64,000 nucleotides of DNA. It comes from Gnetum montanum. Taxonomy: Eukaryota; Plantae; Gnetophyta. The notes beneath the pieces are model-generated. The model was not told the origin of the DNA. It made no database searches and saw only the letters and a list, made by a program, of their open reading frames with translations. Made by a program: the position numbers and the translations under genes. Shown piece by piece: positions 62,465 through 64,000 of this stretch. Position 1 is the stretch's first letter; each line of letters starts with the position of its first letter. The stretch covers positions 48,335 through 112,334 of the forward strand of contig MNCI01000491.1 in assembly GCA_015680685.1 (NCBI GenBank), given 5' to 3'.

Positions 62465-64000
62465 TGATGAGACGTGACATCGCATGCACCACGATATCGC
62501 ATACGCGATATCGCGATCCACCACAAAATCTATAAATAAGAGGCGACACTCCCCTCATTTCTCATCCTAGGCTAGAAGTAGTGAAGCTCTAGCAGTTTAG
62601 TCACTCCAAAGATAGAATATTTTCCATGTGCCCACAGTAGGAGTCCCCAAGTGAACGGATCTTTATTCGAGCAGCTTTGTACCTGAACGCAAGTTGTGTA
62701 CGGCAATAAAGACGAGCTTTGTGGATAAACCTTGCAGTACATGGCATAGGTTTATTATCTGTTATTTCTTACCTATCATTTATTACATGCATTAGCGCAG
62801 CATGAGTATGACTTGGTTATGAGCATTGACGAATGTGTACGGCTAACCAAGGAATCGGCTACTCATCACGATTAGATTCTCTCACCCTTATCTTCTAGAA
62901 CGTGGGATGAGTACGACTTGATTACGAGCATCTATGGATGTGTACAGCTAGTCAAGGAATTGATTGCTCATCATCCTTAGGCTAGTTAGGTGCCTCAATA
63001 CGACCACTTTGAGCACATGTGTTACATGTGATGATCCCAGTAACAATTAGCGTTTGGTAGCCACAGTTGCATAGTTCAGGGTGTGTACGGTAAGTGGGAA
63101 CGGATGCTGACGCTAGTTAATTTAGACTTAGGTCCTTAGTTAGAGTTAGTTAGTTTCTCAACCCTTCACCCTTTAGCATAGGACATAAAACCATAAAAGA
63201 CCAAAAAAATCATATACCCCAGACTTACTTAACCATACACCATGGCAACAACAAGTAAGTCTGGAAAGACAACGAATGATTAACCCCAAGTGTTCCATGG
63301 GGCGTTTAGGCATTTAGTCCGCATATTTCGACCAGATCATGCATGCTACGCTCATTTCGTATGGTTGAGTGTAGGGGTACCTCACCACTCATCATTGGTG
63401 TCGTTTCCGGGGACTAAGTGTTTGTGCACCGAATAGAACATAAGGGATATCACTCACATTGTTGTGAGCCTTAACGAACCTTCAGATGAATCAAAAGAAA
63501 ATTTATATAACAGTGAAATTAGCACACCGATAAAAATGCCTTCTTCTCATAAGAGCAACTCACCACCTAAGGACCACACACAAGACAATCGACAAGATAA
63601 AAAACATAACCAAAATCAGCCAAGTCCTAAGCAATATAAGATGACATATACTCATCCCGATGAGTATATTCCAGATTTTACTTGTATTCTCCATTAGGAC
63701 GAGCAACTACGGTGGAGAAATTTGCAAGGTAACATTGTGTTACCCCCAGATTGATCAGTCTCTCGCATGCTTTTCCATGCCTTGGCATAGATTGGCATGC
63801 AAGAATTATTTGCTGAATACATTGTAGAAGACTCTAACATGAGGGACTATTATCCCACAGATGCCCAACGTATGAGAGACTTAAGGTAGGAGAGTCAACA
63901 TGCACTTTTGAAGGGCAAGGTCCTGCACGTCCTTAGCAAAATAGGAGACGAGGAACCCTTTATCACGGGTTCTTTAGCAAAGGATGTTCCCCCTCCTAAC
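62465..64000 (+). mobile_element. Younger Athila-like element inserted in the previous gag: 5' LTR 62465-63394, tRNA-Asp PBS 63396-63413, start of internal region (truncated by the window)
   Basis: TGATGAG...CTCATCA inverted termini, TATAAATA at ~62531, PBS TGGTGTCGTTTCCGGGGA (Athila consensus TGGCGCCGTTGCCGGGGA). Confidence 0.85.

Overview
Plant-type heterochromatic DNA made almost entirely of nested LTR retrotransposons; I found no intact host gene. Three divergent Ty3/gypsy elements of one Tat/Ogre-related lineage dominate: E1 (21-17336, +, complete, TSD GATAG), E2 (17342-32606, -, split by E1 inside its integrase) and E3 (33562-52423, -, complete, TSD GTAGA). All have a tRNA-Asn PBS and the domain order GAG-PROT // RT-RH-aRH-INT. 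E2 and E3 are inserted in the 5' part of an older Ty1/copia element. The last 10 kb hold Athila-like LTRs, a solo LTR and gag relics. Main discovery: in all three Tat-like elements gag-protease ends in a stop and is separated from RT by 5.4-6.5 kb. That spacer carries an antisense, spliced gene (8 exons, ~1065 codons in E1) with conserved intron positions and phases. The predicted protein has an apparently catalytically dead FCP1/NIF-like HAD phosphatase domain, a plant-transposon-type domain and a predicted coiled-coil region. RT-INT restarts at a near-conserved ATG behind a splice-acceptor-like site. Non-coding parts carry dense arrays of TACGC/GCGTA motifs, suggesting (inference only) an element-encoded regulatory or anti-silencing system. 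All copies are decayed by premature stops. Domain calls are by eye, not from database searches.
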